NCBI RefSeq assembly: GCF_001194135.2
Contig: NC_068981.1
Location: 3,172,331 to 3,236,330 of the forward strand
Direction of reading: 5' to 3'
Source of the DNA: Octopus bimaculoides
Taxonomy: Eukaryota
Length of the DNA stretch: 64,000 nt
This document shows, in pieces, positions 11,440 to 24,079 of the stretch (its first letter is position 1; the number at the start of each line of letters is the position of its first letter). A program made the translations under genes and the position numbers. The notes under the pieces were generated by a model, which worked only from the letters and a program-made list of their open reading frames with translations, was not told the DNA's origin and searched no databases.

Positions 11440-14400
11440 GTAAGTACAGCTTATTTCATTTTGTTTTGTTACATTAACCAGAGTGTTATCCGTCATTTGA
11501 TAGGGAACTTTGGAAGTACTCTTTTGCCACCATGGGTAACAACCAGGGAAAATGGCATACATACAAAAGAATTATAGTTTAACTCTTATCAAATTTCTTG
11601 GTGCTTACATAAAATGGTGAAATGAATAAGTTTTGAATGAAAAATCATCACCATCCTCATTTAACATCCGTTTTCCATGCTGGCATGGGTTGGATGGTTT
11701 GACTGTAAACTGGTAAGCTGGGGAGCTGCACCAGGCTCCAATCTGATCTGGCAATGTTTCCACAGCTGGATGCCCTTCCTAATGCCAACCACTCAGGAGA
11801 GTGTAGTTAGTGCTTTTTACATGCCACCAGCATGGGTGCCAGTTATGTAACACCGGCATTGGTCACAACTATGATCTCACTTGGCTTGACAAATCTTCTC
11901 AAACAAGGTATATTGCCAAAGGTCTCGGTCACTTGTCACGGCCTCCGTGAGGCCCAATGCTCGACTGGTGCTTTTTTATGTACCACCAGAACAGGTGCCA
12001 GTGATGTGACACTGGCAAAGGCCATGACTACAATTTCCTTTGGCTTGATGGGTCTTCTCAAGCACAGCATATTACCAAAGGTCTCAGTCTCTTGTCATTG
12101 CTTCTGTGGAGGCCCAATATTCATTTTTAAATATTGTAAATCTTTAGACAAATTCCTGCACAGGAAGTTCTTATAACAACAAACAGAGGATGGACCTTTC
12201 AAAAGTGGTTGCTATTTTTGTCGGGGTTTGGCTATCATGTGTCTCTGTAATGATGAAATGCCATCACTTCCACAGTTTCCATAGTAATGAGGATAAACCA
12301 GAAGTGTAGTATAGGCAGGGAAAGTTACTGATCCTGGGTCACTCAGGTAATAATGTTGTCCATTGTTGTTGCACTTTGAGAAATGATGGCTGTGTCTCAG
12401 AAGGCATACTCGGACACAAGCTGACATTCACTACGTTGGCAAGTATGGTGAAATCTATGTTCTGCTGAGGAAATATGAGAAGACAGAAGCATGTCTGGAA
12501 TTGTCTTAAAACAAATCTCTCTTTTGTATAGCTCCTCCCATAACTACTGTCATTTATTCCCTCTCCTCCTCTCTTGTCCTTATGGTTCTTTCTCTCTACT
12601 CATCCTACACCTCTTATGTTAGCTCCCTCTGTGTCTATCTTTTACTCTCTCTCTCTCTCCTTCTTCCCTCATTTTTTACAATGTAGAAAGCTTTGGAGAA
12701 ATCCACTAACCTGCATTTCTATTGACTGCTGGGCCAGATTAAGACCCATGGAGGCCCTAAGCACTTAAAAGATTTTGGTGTCCCCACTTATAGATGTCAT
12801 TCAAAATATAAACAATGATAAACCATAAAATAAATTTTCATTCTTCAAAATGAATCAAAACATTGAAATTCCCTCTTTATTTATATTTGAAAAGTTTTTT
12901 CCTATTTTTTTTTAATTGCAAAGTCTTTGATCACCATGAACACTATGAAATTATATTCCTGGTCACATAAATCACTTTGAATATTATTTTAGCAAATTCA
13001 GTGATTTATTTTGTGCTGTAAACCATTTACAATTTCTGTGGTACCCCTTGATGCTCTAAGCACTTCCTTATTTTGCTGATTGGCTATTATTAATTAGTAT
13101 ATAGAAATAATTGTTACATTTTCTATTCATTACCTTTTGCCAGTATGAATTTGTTAATTCTTTTTTTTTTTTTCTGAATTAAAAAAAATTTGCATGAATT
13201 CTTGGAACTGGTTAACTACTCCATGATGAAGAAGTTGTATATCTTGGTTAGGGCTCTCGAGACAGGTAATGTGTAAAGTCACATCTGGAGGAAAATTTTA
13301 GAATTCTATCTCCCCCCACCTCCTTTTAATCAGTTACCCATTATTCTAATTACTTTCACATGATTAAACCTCCATGTTTCTCTTTGCTGGAATGAATTAA
13401 ATGTTTGTTACTCACAAGCTCTTCTAACTACTAGTATCTTTCTCAGACCTAATTCAAAGTTTTTCTTATATCTGTTACTTGGATTTAATCTTGTATTAAT
13501 ATTTAAGTTTTGATAAATATATCCTTTTTTGTAATTAACAACTGTTACCCCTAATTTCCATCTCATTGCTCATAAATTGTTTTATTTATTTCCCATCAGC
13601 CTTTGCAAATCTCTCACTGTTACTACTCTGCATTAATCACTAAAAGTCTCTCTCTCAGTCTTAACTGTAAGTTTTGGCAGTCATTGCTCAACCCACCCCA
13701 ATCACTTTGCTCCCCGCCACCCTTTTTCGGTTAATCTCTGAAAAATTTGTTTCATTTGTCAGCTGTTCTTTTAGTCATAGGAGCTGTTTTGCACTTTGTG
13801 AGCTACAAGGTAACCCTACAAGTGTTGGTGCCATGACAAAATGCACCTTGTACACTGTAAGTGGTTTCCAAATTGATTGAGCAGCAACACTGCAGGACTT
13901 GAGAGGGCTCTTTAGATATGCTGAGGATAAGGCAACTTCTATAGTGCTGGTGTCATGAAAAAAAAAAGTGCCTTGCACACTCTGTAAAGTAGTTGGTATT
14001 GGAAAGGACATTCAGCTGTAGAAACCATGTCAAATCAAGTAAGACGTTGTTCTCCTATTTGTTGAATCTTCTAACTCATACCAGCATGGGTAAATGGATG
14101 TAAAAGGATGATAATTCTACAAGTTAGTGAAACACTTTCTAGCTCTTTTGTTATTTTGGTTGGAGATATGCTGTGCTTGAGAAGACCGAGCAAGCCAAGT
14201 GAGACCATAGCCATGGTCTAGGCCACTGTCGCATAACTGGCCCATTCAAGAGTACCCTTCAATCATTGGGCAATATGCTGTGCTTTCGAAGACCTGTTGA
14301 GCTAAGTGAAATTGTTGTGGTTGTTGCCGGTGCTGCCTGACTGGCATCTGTGTTGGTGGCATGTAAAAGCACTATTCAAGTGTGGTTGATGCCAGTACAA

Positions 14401-17095
14401 CCTTACTGGCTCCCGTGCTGATAGAAAGTAAAAAGCACCCACTACACTGAGTGGTTGGCATTAGGAAGGGCATCCAACTGTAGAAACCTTGCCAGATCAG
14501 ATTGGAGCCTGGTGCAGCCTCATGACTTGCTAGTCCTCACTCAAACTGTCCAACCCATGCCAGCATGGAAAGTAGATGTTAAACAATAATGATGATTCTC
14601 TAAGCAAATTTTGCTTTTGCTGTTTGATAAAAAAAAATCTGATATTTTTCTTCATCATTTTATTTTGTGTAAGATTGCAGTGCTCAGTCTTTCTGACTTG
14701 CACTGGAGATTGACAAAAAGAAGCTACTGGTATATATTGCATGGACAGTTTTAAAAATCCCCACCTATTTTAACACAGCCCTCTGTGTACTTAATATACA
14801 TTCACTGCTGAGGGGCAAGTTGCTGTGGGTTGTCATCTGAGATAAAATCTCTTATGGATATACTGTGTTTAAAAAGGCAATATATAGCAGAAAGAGACAA
14901 AACAACCTTCATGGCACAGCTAATGAGAACACCAGATGCATTTTGGCTTTGTTTCGCCTTGTCAATGATGTCTGCTTGCAGCCAGCCACATGCCTAGTGA
15001 GATTTGTCACCTCTGATACAGAAAACAATGAATAGATAATCTGGTGTATACAAGTATTAAACTGAAATAGCTGTGTGTTTATCATATTTAAAATCATATA
15101 TACACCATTGACAGGCAAGTTAGTGCAGTTTTTGCCTAAGATAAAATCTCTAATAGATGTACTGTGTTTAAAAATACAATGTATATCAGTGGGACTGTTG
15201 CTCACCTTAAAATAGTTACCTGTGTATCATACTAAATGTATATACTCTGTTGAAAGGCATGATGCTGTGGTTTTTGCCTGAGAGAAAATCCTTTCATAGA
15301 CTTGTGTTAAAAACACCAATATATATTGGAATGAAATGGGCATCATTGCACCAGTGACTCATGTTCAGTGGTATTTGCTGGAGCTAGCCAGGCTGTAGAA
15401 AACTTCAGTGAACACAATCGAAACATTAAATTAAAATAGCCACCTATTTTTCATACTAAATGTATATACACTCCAGAAAGTTACAAGTTTTGTTTAGGTA
15501 TGTGATAAATTGGTACATGTTACTGACAAGCCTCAAAAAAGGTGAAATGCATCTGTTGTTCTCATGATGTTCATTCTGCATTACTATGTATATTGTGCTT
15601 TTATCACCTGTGTGAAGAGATTTTCTCCCTGACAAAAAACACGGCCACAGGGTCTTTTTACATTTAGATGATTGTTTTAATTTAATGGTGCTTTTTATGG
15701 TGGCATGTAAAAAGCACCATTCGAGCATGGTGATTGCCAGTGCTGCCTGACTGGCTCCCGTGGCACATAAAAAGAACCATTTGAGCATGGTTGATGCCAG
15801 TACTTCCTGACTGGACCTTGTGCTGGTGGCACATAAAAAGCACCCACTACACTCTCAGAGTGGTTGGCATTAGGAAGGGCATCCAGCTGTAGAAACATTG
15901 CCAGATCAAATTGGAGCCTGGTGCAGCCTTCTGGCTCGCCAGCCCTCAGTCAAACCATCCAACCCATGCCAGCATAGAAAGCAGACGTTAAACAATGATG
16001 ATGATGATGTCTTAATTGCATATGTCGACTTTAATTTAGTCATGATATAAACTTTTTAGGAAATGGTCTTCCTCCAATTGTAGATAATTTTCATTTACTT
16101 TTGCAAGATTTGGTGGCTTTTCAATGCATCTGTCCCCCTCCTCCCTTTTTTTAAACATGCTATTATCTGGTTGTGTTGTTTGGAGATAGATCTCTATATT
16201 GTTATCTTTGTGATTATGCAGAGAGAAGCGTATTTCATCTTATTAATTATTCACATATAATTTCTGAATTACTCTAAAACACCCCTCTTGTTTTTTTTTT
16301 TAAGAATCTAATTTTGATTAAATATTATAGCTATGTATCTTCACTATAGCAAGACACTTTATGCTTGCCCCTTTCATATGTTCCCCCTTCCGATACTTGA
16401 CATAAAACCACATCCCTTTCCCCCAGACTCTGCCCCCCCCCCCTCGCCAGCTGAAGGGATCTTTTTCCTGTCTTTGCAAGTTACTTGGCAACCTCACTAA
16501 TGCTGGTAGCACAAAAAGAGCATCCAGTACACACTGTAAAGTGGTTGGTGTTAGGAGGGCATCCAGCTGTAGAACCCTTGCTGAAGCAAACATTGGAGCA
16601 CAATACAACTCTTTGACTTGCCAGATCCTCTCAGACTGTCCAAGCCATGCCATCCTGGAAAGCAGACATTAATTGGTAATGATAATGATGAGAAAGCTCC
16701 TTTTTAATCAGGGATGTAGATTTAATCTGTATTCTTGAATGGATATTATATTAGCTTTTGAAATTAAACTGTCTGAGCTAATAATCACTTAATCTTAATC
16801 CAAGCTGTACTATATCCATTAAACTTCTTTCTTCTGTCTGACCAAAAATAGTTGTCCCATCTTTTTTATTATTGCTTGCATTAGAACAGTGTCTGACGGA
16901 GTGTAAATGTCCATATTTACCTCAAATCCTAGTATTAAATAAATGAAAATGTAAAACAGCATCCCCTGTTATAAAAATAAATGCCATTGTGCAAATATAT
17001 TTTATATTTTTAGGTAAAATACAATATATTGATTTGTAGTTTGAAAAAAAATTTTTTTTTTTAAAAAGATTTATTGTAATATGTTTTCGTTTCAG

Positions 17096-17211
17096 GTGAC
17101 ACAGTGAATGAAACTCTTGAGAAATGGAAAGATGGTGCTTCAGTTGTACTGAGCTACCGAGCTCAACAACATCTTGAGATGGACATCTACAAAGTTGTGG
17201 CTGAACAAAAG
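17096..17211 (+). CDS. Gene 1 exon (C)DTVNETLEKWKDGASVVLSYRAQQHLEMDIYKVVAEQK
   Basis: TTTCGTTTCAG acceptor ending 17095; donor AAG|GTGAAG at 17212; phase 1 in and phase 0 out, matching both neighbours. Confidence 0.88.
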
Positions 17212-18204
17212 GTGAAGAAACTTTTATTTTTAAAAATAATTTGGTTCATTTCATTAGTCTTGACCTGCACTTGGGTAGCTCTTATAACACATTATATGGC
17301 ACATTTAATATCATTATATAACAGTTTTTTTTACTAAAATTTTGTAACATAATTACTAGGTCTGGTTTGGTTAATTTAAATGATTTCATTTCTTTCTCTC
17401 CCTCTCATTCATTCAGGATTTTTCACAATAAAGGTTTGGTGGAACTGGTTGATTTCCTGAATTATCAATCAGTGAAAATATAACCATTTATGATGTTTGT
17501 TAAATTATTCTTTTAGTAGCGCCACCTGATTTATATTGTCACATGAAGCCATGTTAGCCAAAGGTTGCTCACGATAGTGGAATAGCTTTGTGTGTTTACA
17601 TTCAGATTGTCACTTTTTTTATTTATCAGTCATATTTAATTAGTCTAGATCCTAAATTTAATTTGTGAGAGGTATTTGAAATTAGCTGATCAGGAGTGGT
17701 GGGACTTGTCAAGGGCTCCATTTAGGGTCAGATAGCAGAAGATGGTCCTGTGGCTCAACAAATACAGGTCTTATAGATGTCACATGTGCTCATTAGTCTG
17801 TGGACATACTTTAATGTCGTGTGAACTTGGTCCTCTGGCATAAGGGCTAAATAGGCCCTATACCTCAAGAGCCTAGTTAAGTAAGCTGGCAGAAGGCAAC
17901 AGGGAACCACTGCTGTATCTTGCCCAAGGAAAATCATGAATTTTTTCAGTTTGTTGAAGAGGTCCCTAATTGCCAACCCTTGTATGGCACAAGGGAGAGA
18001 ATGAATGAGAGACAGAAATTTTCAGCAATATTTTAATCAAAGGATAATTAGAGAAACCAGGAATTTGTTTTAAAGAACTATTTGTTCTTGACATTTGCTG
18101 TGATTTTGCCTTCTTAAATTAAATGTCTTTTGTTGTTTAGTGTGAAAACTCACTTTATTAATGTATTTGAATTGATTATTTTTTCTTTTCTTTTTATATT
18201 TTAG

Positions 18205-18360
18205 TTTCACTTATTCCTGGCTGTAGAAGACCCTGGCGACGTCGATAAACTCTCCTTTATGTTGTCCTCAGTTTTGACACCATACGGAGTGAAAATCCAT
18301 TGCCGAGCTCTTCAAGTCTTAGATGATTACTCCAAAAAAGTGATGAAGGAAAATTTGTAG
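18205..18360 (+). CDS. Gene 1 last exon FHLFLAVEDPGDVDKLSFMLSSVLTPYGVKIHCRALQVLDDYSKKVMKENL*
   Basis: Polypyrimidine tract then TTTTAG ending 18204; 51 codons plus TAG (18358-18360); AATAAA at 18368-18373. Its C-terminus (GVKIHCRALQVLDDY) parallels that of domain 1 (GVNVVCTPLRTYEAV). Confidence 0.88.
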   Translation, partial: FHLFLAVEDPGDVDKLSFMLSSVLTPYGVKIHCRALQVLDDYSKKVMKENL

Positions 18361-18367
18361 TTTACCA

Positions 18368-18373
18368 AATAAA
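18368..18373 (+). terminator. Candidate polyadenylation signal of gene 1
   Basis: AATAAA 7 nt after the stop; a second AATAAA at 18712-18717. Which one is used cannot be seen. Confidence 0.4.
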
Positions 18374-18714
18374 TTCCTTTGTTTTTACCAATGCCTTATT
18401 GTTTCATTATTAATGACAATATTTCGCTTATTTCTATGCAGTTATGGTGTTTGTTAATATGTACATAGGAGGTTAAACAACATATTTAGTCTTCTCAGTG
18501 TGACTTATAATTTAGGTTTGCAATTTTTCAAATGGAATAATATTTTGTTTTCAGAGTTTGCCTTATCTGGATTGTAAATAACTATCATCATCATTGCAAT
18601 GAATATCATATCATCTGAATTCATGTTTGCATGAGTCAGATAGAGTTCAGTGAAGGAGACTTTCTATAGTTGGATGCCTTTCCTGTTACCAACCTTCACC
18701 TGTTTCCAAGTAAT

Positions 18715-18800
18715 AAAATGAAGTAAAAACTGTCAAGACCACATATTTAAGAAGATAAAAATGAAGTAAAAACTGTCAAAACCACATATTTAAGAAGATA
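18715..18800. repeat. 43-bp tandem duplication (2 copies, 1 mismatch)
   Basis: AAAATGAAGTAAAAACTGTCAA(G/A)ACCACATATTTAAGAAGATA twice. Confidence 0.95.
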
Positions 18801-19016
18801 AAGTGTTTTCTGGGTTGATGTTCAATACTAGGTTACCAAAATCCATGTGTTATCTTACAAATCAGAAACAACATTGCAGATTCCTTTCAAGCTGTATGGA
18901 TAGGGTGTTCATTGTGTACAAAACTGTCTTTAACTGTTTTGTTACCATACTGCTGTTGAAAAACTGCTGCATTTATAACAATGAAAAATTTAGTGAAATA
19001 AGTTTGTCCTTATTAA

Positions 19017-19513
19017 CCCCTTGCCTGCCATAGGCCCCATTTGGGGATCTGCTAAAAACAGTCTCCCTGCCGGTTCGTTGTATTTAAAGTAAATTGCTTA
19101 TGTGCATTGCATTTGCAGAGGTGTGTTTAACAATATTTAGTAGTTAAAGTTTGTCATTATTAGCTCTGGTTAATTCTAGAGGACATTTTATGTCGTAAAT
19201 CGCAATTGTTGAACTACAAAAATATTGACGGTTTTGAAAACGTTTTTTTTTTTTTTTTGTATTTCCCATCTATATCATTTATTAATATTTGAGACTATAG
19301 TTTCAAAAATAAAATGTTTATTATTGCAATTTAATAGAAAAGGATAAATGTGCTTTTATCCAGCAATCCCCATTTGGGACTTTTTGAAAAATTTATCATA
19401 ATTTCCAAATTAATTCACATATGAAGGAAATTTAAATACTATATATTATTTTAACTCCTCAGACACCTGGCAAGGCCAAAAAATATGAATAAAAAAATTT
19501 GGCAGTTAATGGG
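19017..19513. mobile_element. piggyBac-like MITE inserted into an older MITE
   Basis: TTAA at 19013-19016 and 19514-19517; TIR CCCCTTGCCTGCCA versus the reverse complement CCCATTAACTGCCA; the flanks join into the 8063-type sequence. Confidence 0.7.
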
Positions 19514-20097
19514 TTAAGCTGGCGTTTGGAACATAAATTAATATAATGCTTTAATGGAAAGTTTAATTTAGATCATTTTAATCTTTTTGTCACCATATTT
19601 CACTTGAAATACACTGTCTTAGGGTCAGTTTGGAACATTAACTCGAAATTTTGAGAGAAGGTTTTAATGTAGATCACTTCGAAACAGGAAGTTTGTGTTG
19701 TAAAACTAGAGGAAATCTCTTCTAAATCAAAACATAATTTTAGCCAAAAGAGGCAAGCTGAATTTTGTGACAGTAGGCTAACAGTTGGCTTTGATGCTTA
19801 TCCAATGTTTATATCTATTTCTTAAACGTTCAATACTAGGTTACCAAAATCCATGTGTTATCTTACAAATCAGAAACAACAATGCAGATTCTTTTCAAGC
19901 TGTAATGGATAAAGAAGGGAGCAAACTCTTACAAACGTTTTGCCTGTCAATTCACTGTTTAAAATACAAAGCAGGATAGAAAAATCTCCAATATCTTAAA
20001 CGACCATAGGTGTGACCAAGTGAGGTCAATCAATATGTTACATATTTAATTGATAGTTAAACAATATTGTTATTGTTAAATTTATATTTATTGTAAG

Positions 20098-20320
20098 CAA
20101 ATCAAAGAAAAAGATCCCATCACCTTCAACATAAACCTGGACAAATTTCTTCAAGAGATACCAGATAAGCCACCTACACCTGGATACATCTCAGTGAACT
20201 ACAACTCCCTACATGAATGGGCCATGATACCACAAAACTTGACGTGGCAGGTCTTGTCAGATGATGCTATTAAATTAGACATGGCCTGGGCCAATTTTAG
20301 GCTGAAATATATCTAAATGC
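20098..20320 (+). mobile_element. CR1-like LINE 3' end fragment
   Basis: Translates IKEKDPITFNINLDKFLQEIPDKPPTPGYISVNYNSLHEW, matching the LDKFL..IPD.P..PGY...NSL motif I associate with CR1-type ORF2 ends. Confidence 0.65.
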
Positions 20321-21189
20321 AAAATTTGTTTTATTTAATTTTCATCATCAGTTTATGTCAACTTTTCCATGTTGGAAATGAAGACACGTGGCTTAGTTTG
20401 TTTGGGTACTGCTCACATGATTGCAAGATGGTGGTTTCATTTCCTGGAGAGGTTAGTGTATTGTGTTCTTGAGCAATACATACATACCTGCATACACACA
20501 CATACATATGAAAGTCTATCAAATTTATTCACAAAGCATTGGTTGGCCTCTGAGGTTAAAGTCAAAGACACTTGTGCAAGTGGGACTGAACCCAAAGCCA
20601 TGTAGTTAGGAAGCAAATTTCTTAACCACACAGCTGTGCCTGCACCTCTATATTATTTTGAAAACTAGTAGTGACTTCATTGATTTATATAAACACCATC
20701 ATTTAGTCCATTTTCCAGGTTGGTATGAGCAAGACAGCTTGACAGAATCCAGAAAGCTGCAGGGCTACATCAAGCTCCAATGTCAAGTTTGTCATGGATA
20801 CCCTTCCTAATGCCAACCTCTTACAATGTCTACTGGGTGTTTTTTTCTTCTTTCTTGTGTCACTAGGACTACTGAGGTACACTATGTAACTTGCAAAATA
20901 AGAAGAGAACGGGAAGAAAAGGAGGAAAAAGAAAAAGTCTCTTCAACTCAATGATAAAAGAGTATTGGGGAGAAGCAGTGTTTCTATGCTAGGTGGTGAG
21001 AGGTTAAAGTGTGATGGAGGGACAGACACAAGTGGCTTGCTATGGAGGAGATATAAGGCTACCCCACACTATATAAAGATGGGTGGTAACAGCTGGATAG
21101 AAGATAGAGATAGTGATGGCTAAATGCCAGAGCATCTCAAGACAGAGAAAATTGAAAAAAAGTAAAATTATAATTATGCAACATTACAT

Positions 21190-21635
21190 CAGCGTTTCTC
21201 AACCAGGGTTCCCTGGAACCCCAATGTTCCGCAAAAGGTTCCTAGGGGTTCTCTGAGAAAGAGTGAGATAAGCAAATGCTAATTTCATGATCGTAATATT
21301 ACTATACATGCACAACATATTGTAATATTATAATATAGACATCATCCTGTCTAACCTATTATGTTATCAAAAAAATATAACAACCACATACATATACATA
21401 TCATCATCATCATCATTTAACGTCTGCTTTCCATGCTAGCATGGGTTGGACGATTTGACTGAGGACTGGTGAACCAGATTGCTGCACCAGGCTCCAATCT
21501 GATTTGGCAGAATTTCTACAGCTGGATGCTCTTCCTAACGCCAACCACTCTGAGAGTGTAGTGGGTGCTTTTATGTGCCACCGGCACGAGGTCCAGTCTG
21601 GCGGTACATACATAGATATACATACATAGATAGAT

Positions 21636-21678
<43 letters not shown>

Positions 21679-22420
21679 AGAAAATAGGGATAATTAAATT
21701 AATAATTATTTATTAACTACAAAGATTGTTATATTTTTTGATAACATAATAGGTTAGATAGGATGATGTCTATATTATAAAATTACAATAACCAATAATA
21801 TGTTGTGTATGTATAGTAATATTACGATCATGAAATTAGCATTAGCTTATCTCACTCTTTCTCAGAGAACCACTACGAACCCTTTGCAGAACACTAGGGT
21901 TCCAGGGAACCCTGGTTGAGAAACGCTGATATAATATTACATAATTATAATTTTACTTCTTTTCCATTTTCTTTCTGGTGTCTTGAGATGCTCTGGCATT
22001 TGGTCATTACCATCATTGTCTTCTTTCCAGCTGTTACCACCCATCCTTATATAGTGTGGGGCAGCCTTGTATCTCCTCCATAGCAATTGTAATTAACAAA
22101 TAATTATTAATTTAATTATCACTATTTTCTTAAAAATATATATAAACCCCGGTTTATCCAATCACCTTACAGTTGAATACTAAATGTAATATTCAATACA
22201 GTTTGTAATTGGTAATAAACCAGTATATTCATTGGATTTTATTACGCCTTAATGAGGTTTTTAACCTTTAATTGAACTTTATATATATGATATTTATCAT
22301 ATGAACTACAATGAAAAAATTTGAGAAATATATGGTATATCATTTTTTTGTACAGGGGTTCCTTGAGACATGCAATTTATTTTAAGGGTTATGCAAAGGT
22401 AAAAAGGTTGAGAAACACTG
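21190..22420. mobile_element. Non-autonomous hAT element with a perfect 8-bp TSD, containing a nested inverted duplication and an RTE-tail fragment
   Basis: TIRs CAGCGTTTCTCAACC / GGTTGAGAAACACTG; TSD CATTACAT at 21182-21189 and 22421-22428. Confidence 0.85.
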
Positions 22421-23507
22421 CATTACATGATAATATTTACAGTAGCAAAAATAAATTGCCATCATATAATGAGTAATAGTCTCACATGAATATAAATGTC
22501 AAGTTTAGAAATGATATAAGCATTGCAGATCCTTCAAATTTATGATACATGTAGTATGATCTGGGCAACATGCCAAAACTAGACTGTGTGCTAATACTTT
22601 TTGAAGAGAGTGAGCGAAATTTTTATGGAAACAAATAAGTTATAATTTTCATGTTTGTGATCACTGAATTGGTTATAAATATGCCTACAAAAATAAAGAG
22701 ATGTATTGTTGTTGTTTGATGGAAATAGGAGCAAGTGTTATATCACAAGTGAATTACAAAGAATGTGATGCTATAACAATATATGCATCATTATGAGAAT
22801 ACATTAAAGCTGGCAGAATTGCTTGTGTGCCAGACATGTTGATTTATGGACGATTTGACTGAGGGCTGGTGAACCAGATGGCTGCACCAGGCTCCAATCT
22901 GATCTGGCAGAATTTCATATGGAAAAAGCCTTTCAAATTGTATTTTTAATTATAGCAAGAATGACAATGTCTGGTGCTTCCAGCAGAGATGAGCTGTGAT
23001 GAATTTGTAGCTGGATTGACTATGTTTTCCACGTATCTGGCTTGGATTTGGAAAGAATATTGGATCAGAGATTCATGAAATGGAAAAAGACTCATAAAAT
23101 ACTTTATTATGCGAGAAAAAGACTAAAGTTTAGAGCAAAGAACTAATTCTCAGCGAGTGGTAAAACAGAATAGCTGCTGGATGGTTGGCATGGTTAAAGC
23201 CCCACTCTGCTTGTGATGGCTGCATGGATGACAATCATTGGCATGCCAGACAAAAATGTTTAGTAGAGACTCTTCGTGGTTTATATTCTGAGCTCAAATT
23301 CTACCAAGATATACTTTACCTTTCATCCTATCAGTGTTGATAAAGTAAGTACCAGTTCAGCCCTGGGACTGATGCAATGAAATAGCTCCCTCTCCTCAAA
23401 ATTCTGGCTTTGTGCCTATAGAAGAAAGAATTAAGGATTGATCGAATTGACTTGTACTCTTTCACACTACAATTACTGGCCATGAAACCAAAATTTGAAA
23501 CAGAAAA

Positions 23508-23532
23508 ACAACAACAACAGCTGCTGCTGCTG

Positions 23533-23595
<63 letters not shown>

Positions 23596-23602
23596 TTACT
23601 AC
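23508..23602. repeat. Compound trinucleotide microsatellite (CAA)n(CTG)n(CTA)n
   Basis: Read directly from the sequence. Confidence 0.95.
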
Positions 23603-24079
23603 TTTGTTAAAAATATTGGATATAATTGAAAACTATTTAGGTCTTTTAATTAACTTACTTCCATTATTTAGATTCTCATCATTCCTGCAGTTTTTAACAA
23701 CTTAATTTATGAGAAACTCAATAGTTTGGTCACTTGTTTCCAAATCTCGGACTTTAGGACCACATTGCATTGTACCAATAATTTGGTGTCTGGGATTGCA
23801 TAAATGTAAACGGCATGAGCTATTTCTCTCCATTTTCCTTTCTTTTCATGCTTGTTCCTCTTGTTTGTTGAGCAACAAACTCACATTTTCAATATGGATT
23901 AGCTCCAGACGGACGAAGCTCTAATTCTGGGGAGGTGCTTGATTTGTTATTTCTAGGAAAAGGGTAGATTGCCTCAAATAGTTTGGAATAATTTACCGTT
24001 AAAACAATCCGATCAATTTGCGAGTGCTAAATTTTATGGAGATAGTGCTTTAAGTATTCCCGATTGAAGTGTACAATTG

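Noticed and set aside
22960-23220. Weak Tx1-like peptide (LAWIWKEYW..NGKRLIKYF)
   Set aside because: Similarity to the 24080-25108 fragment is too weak to support by eye.
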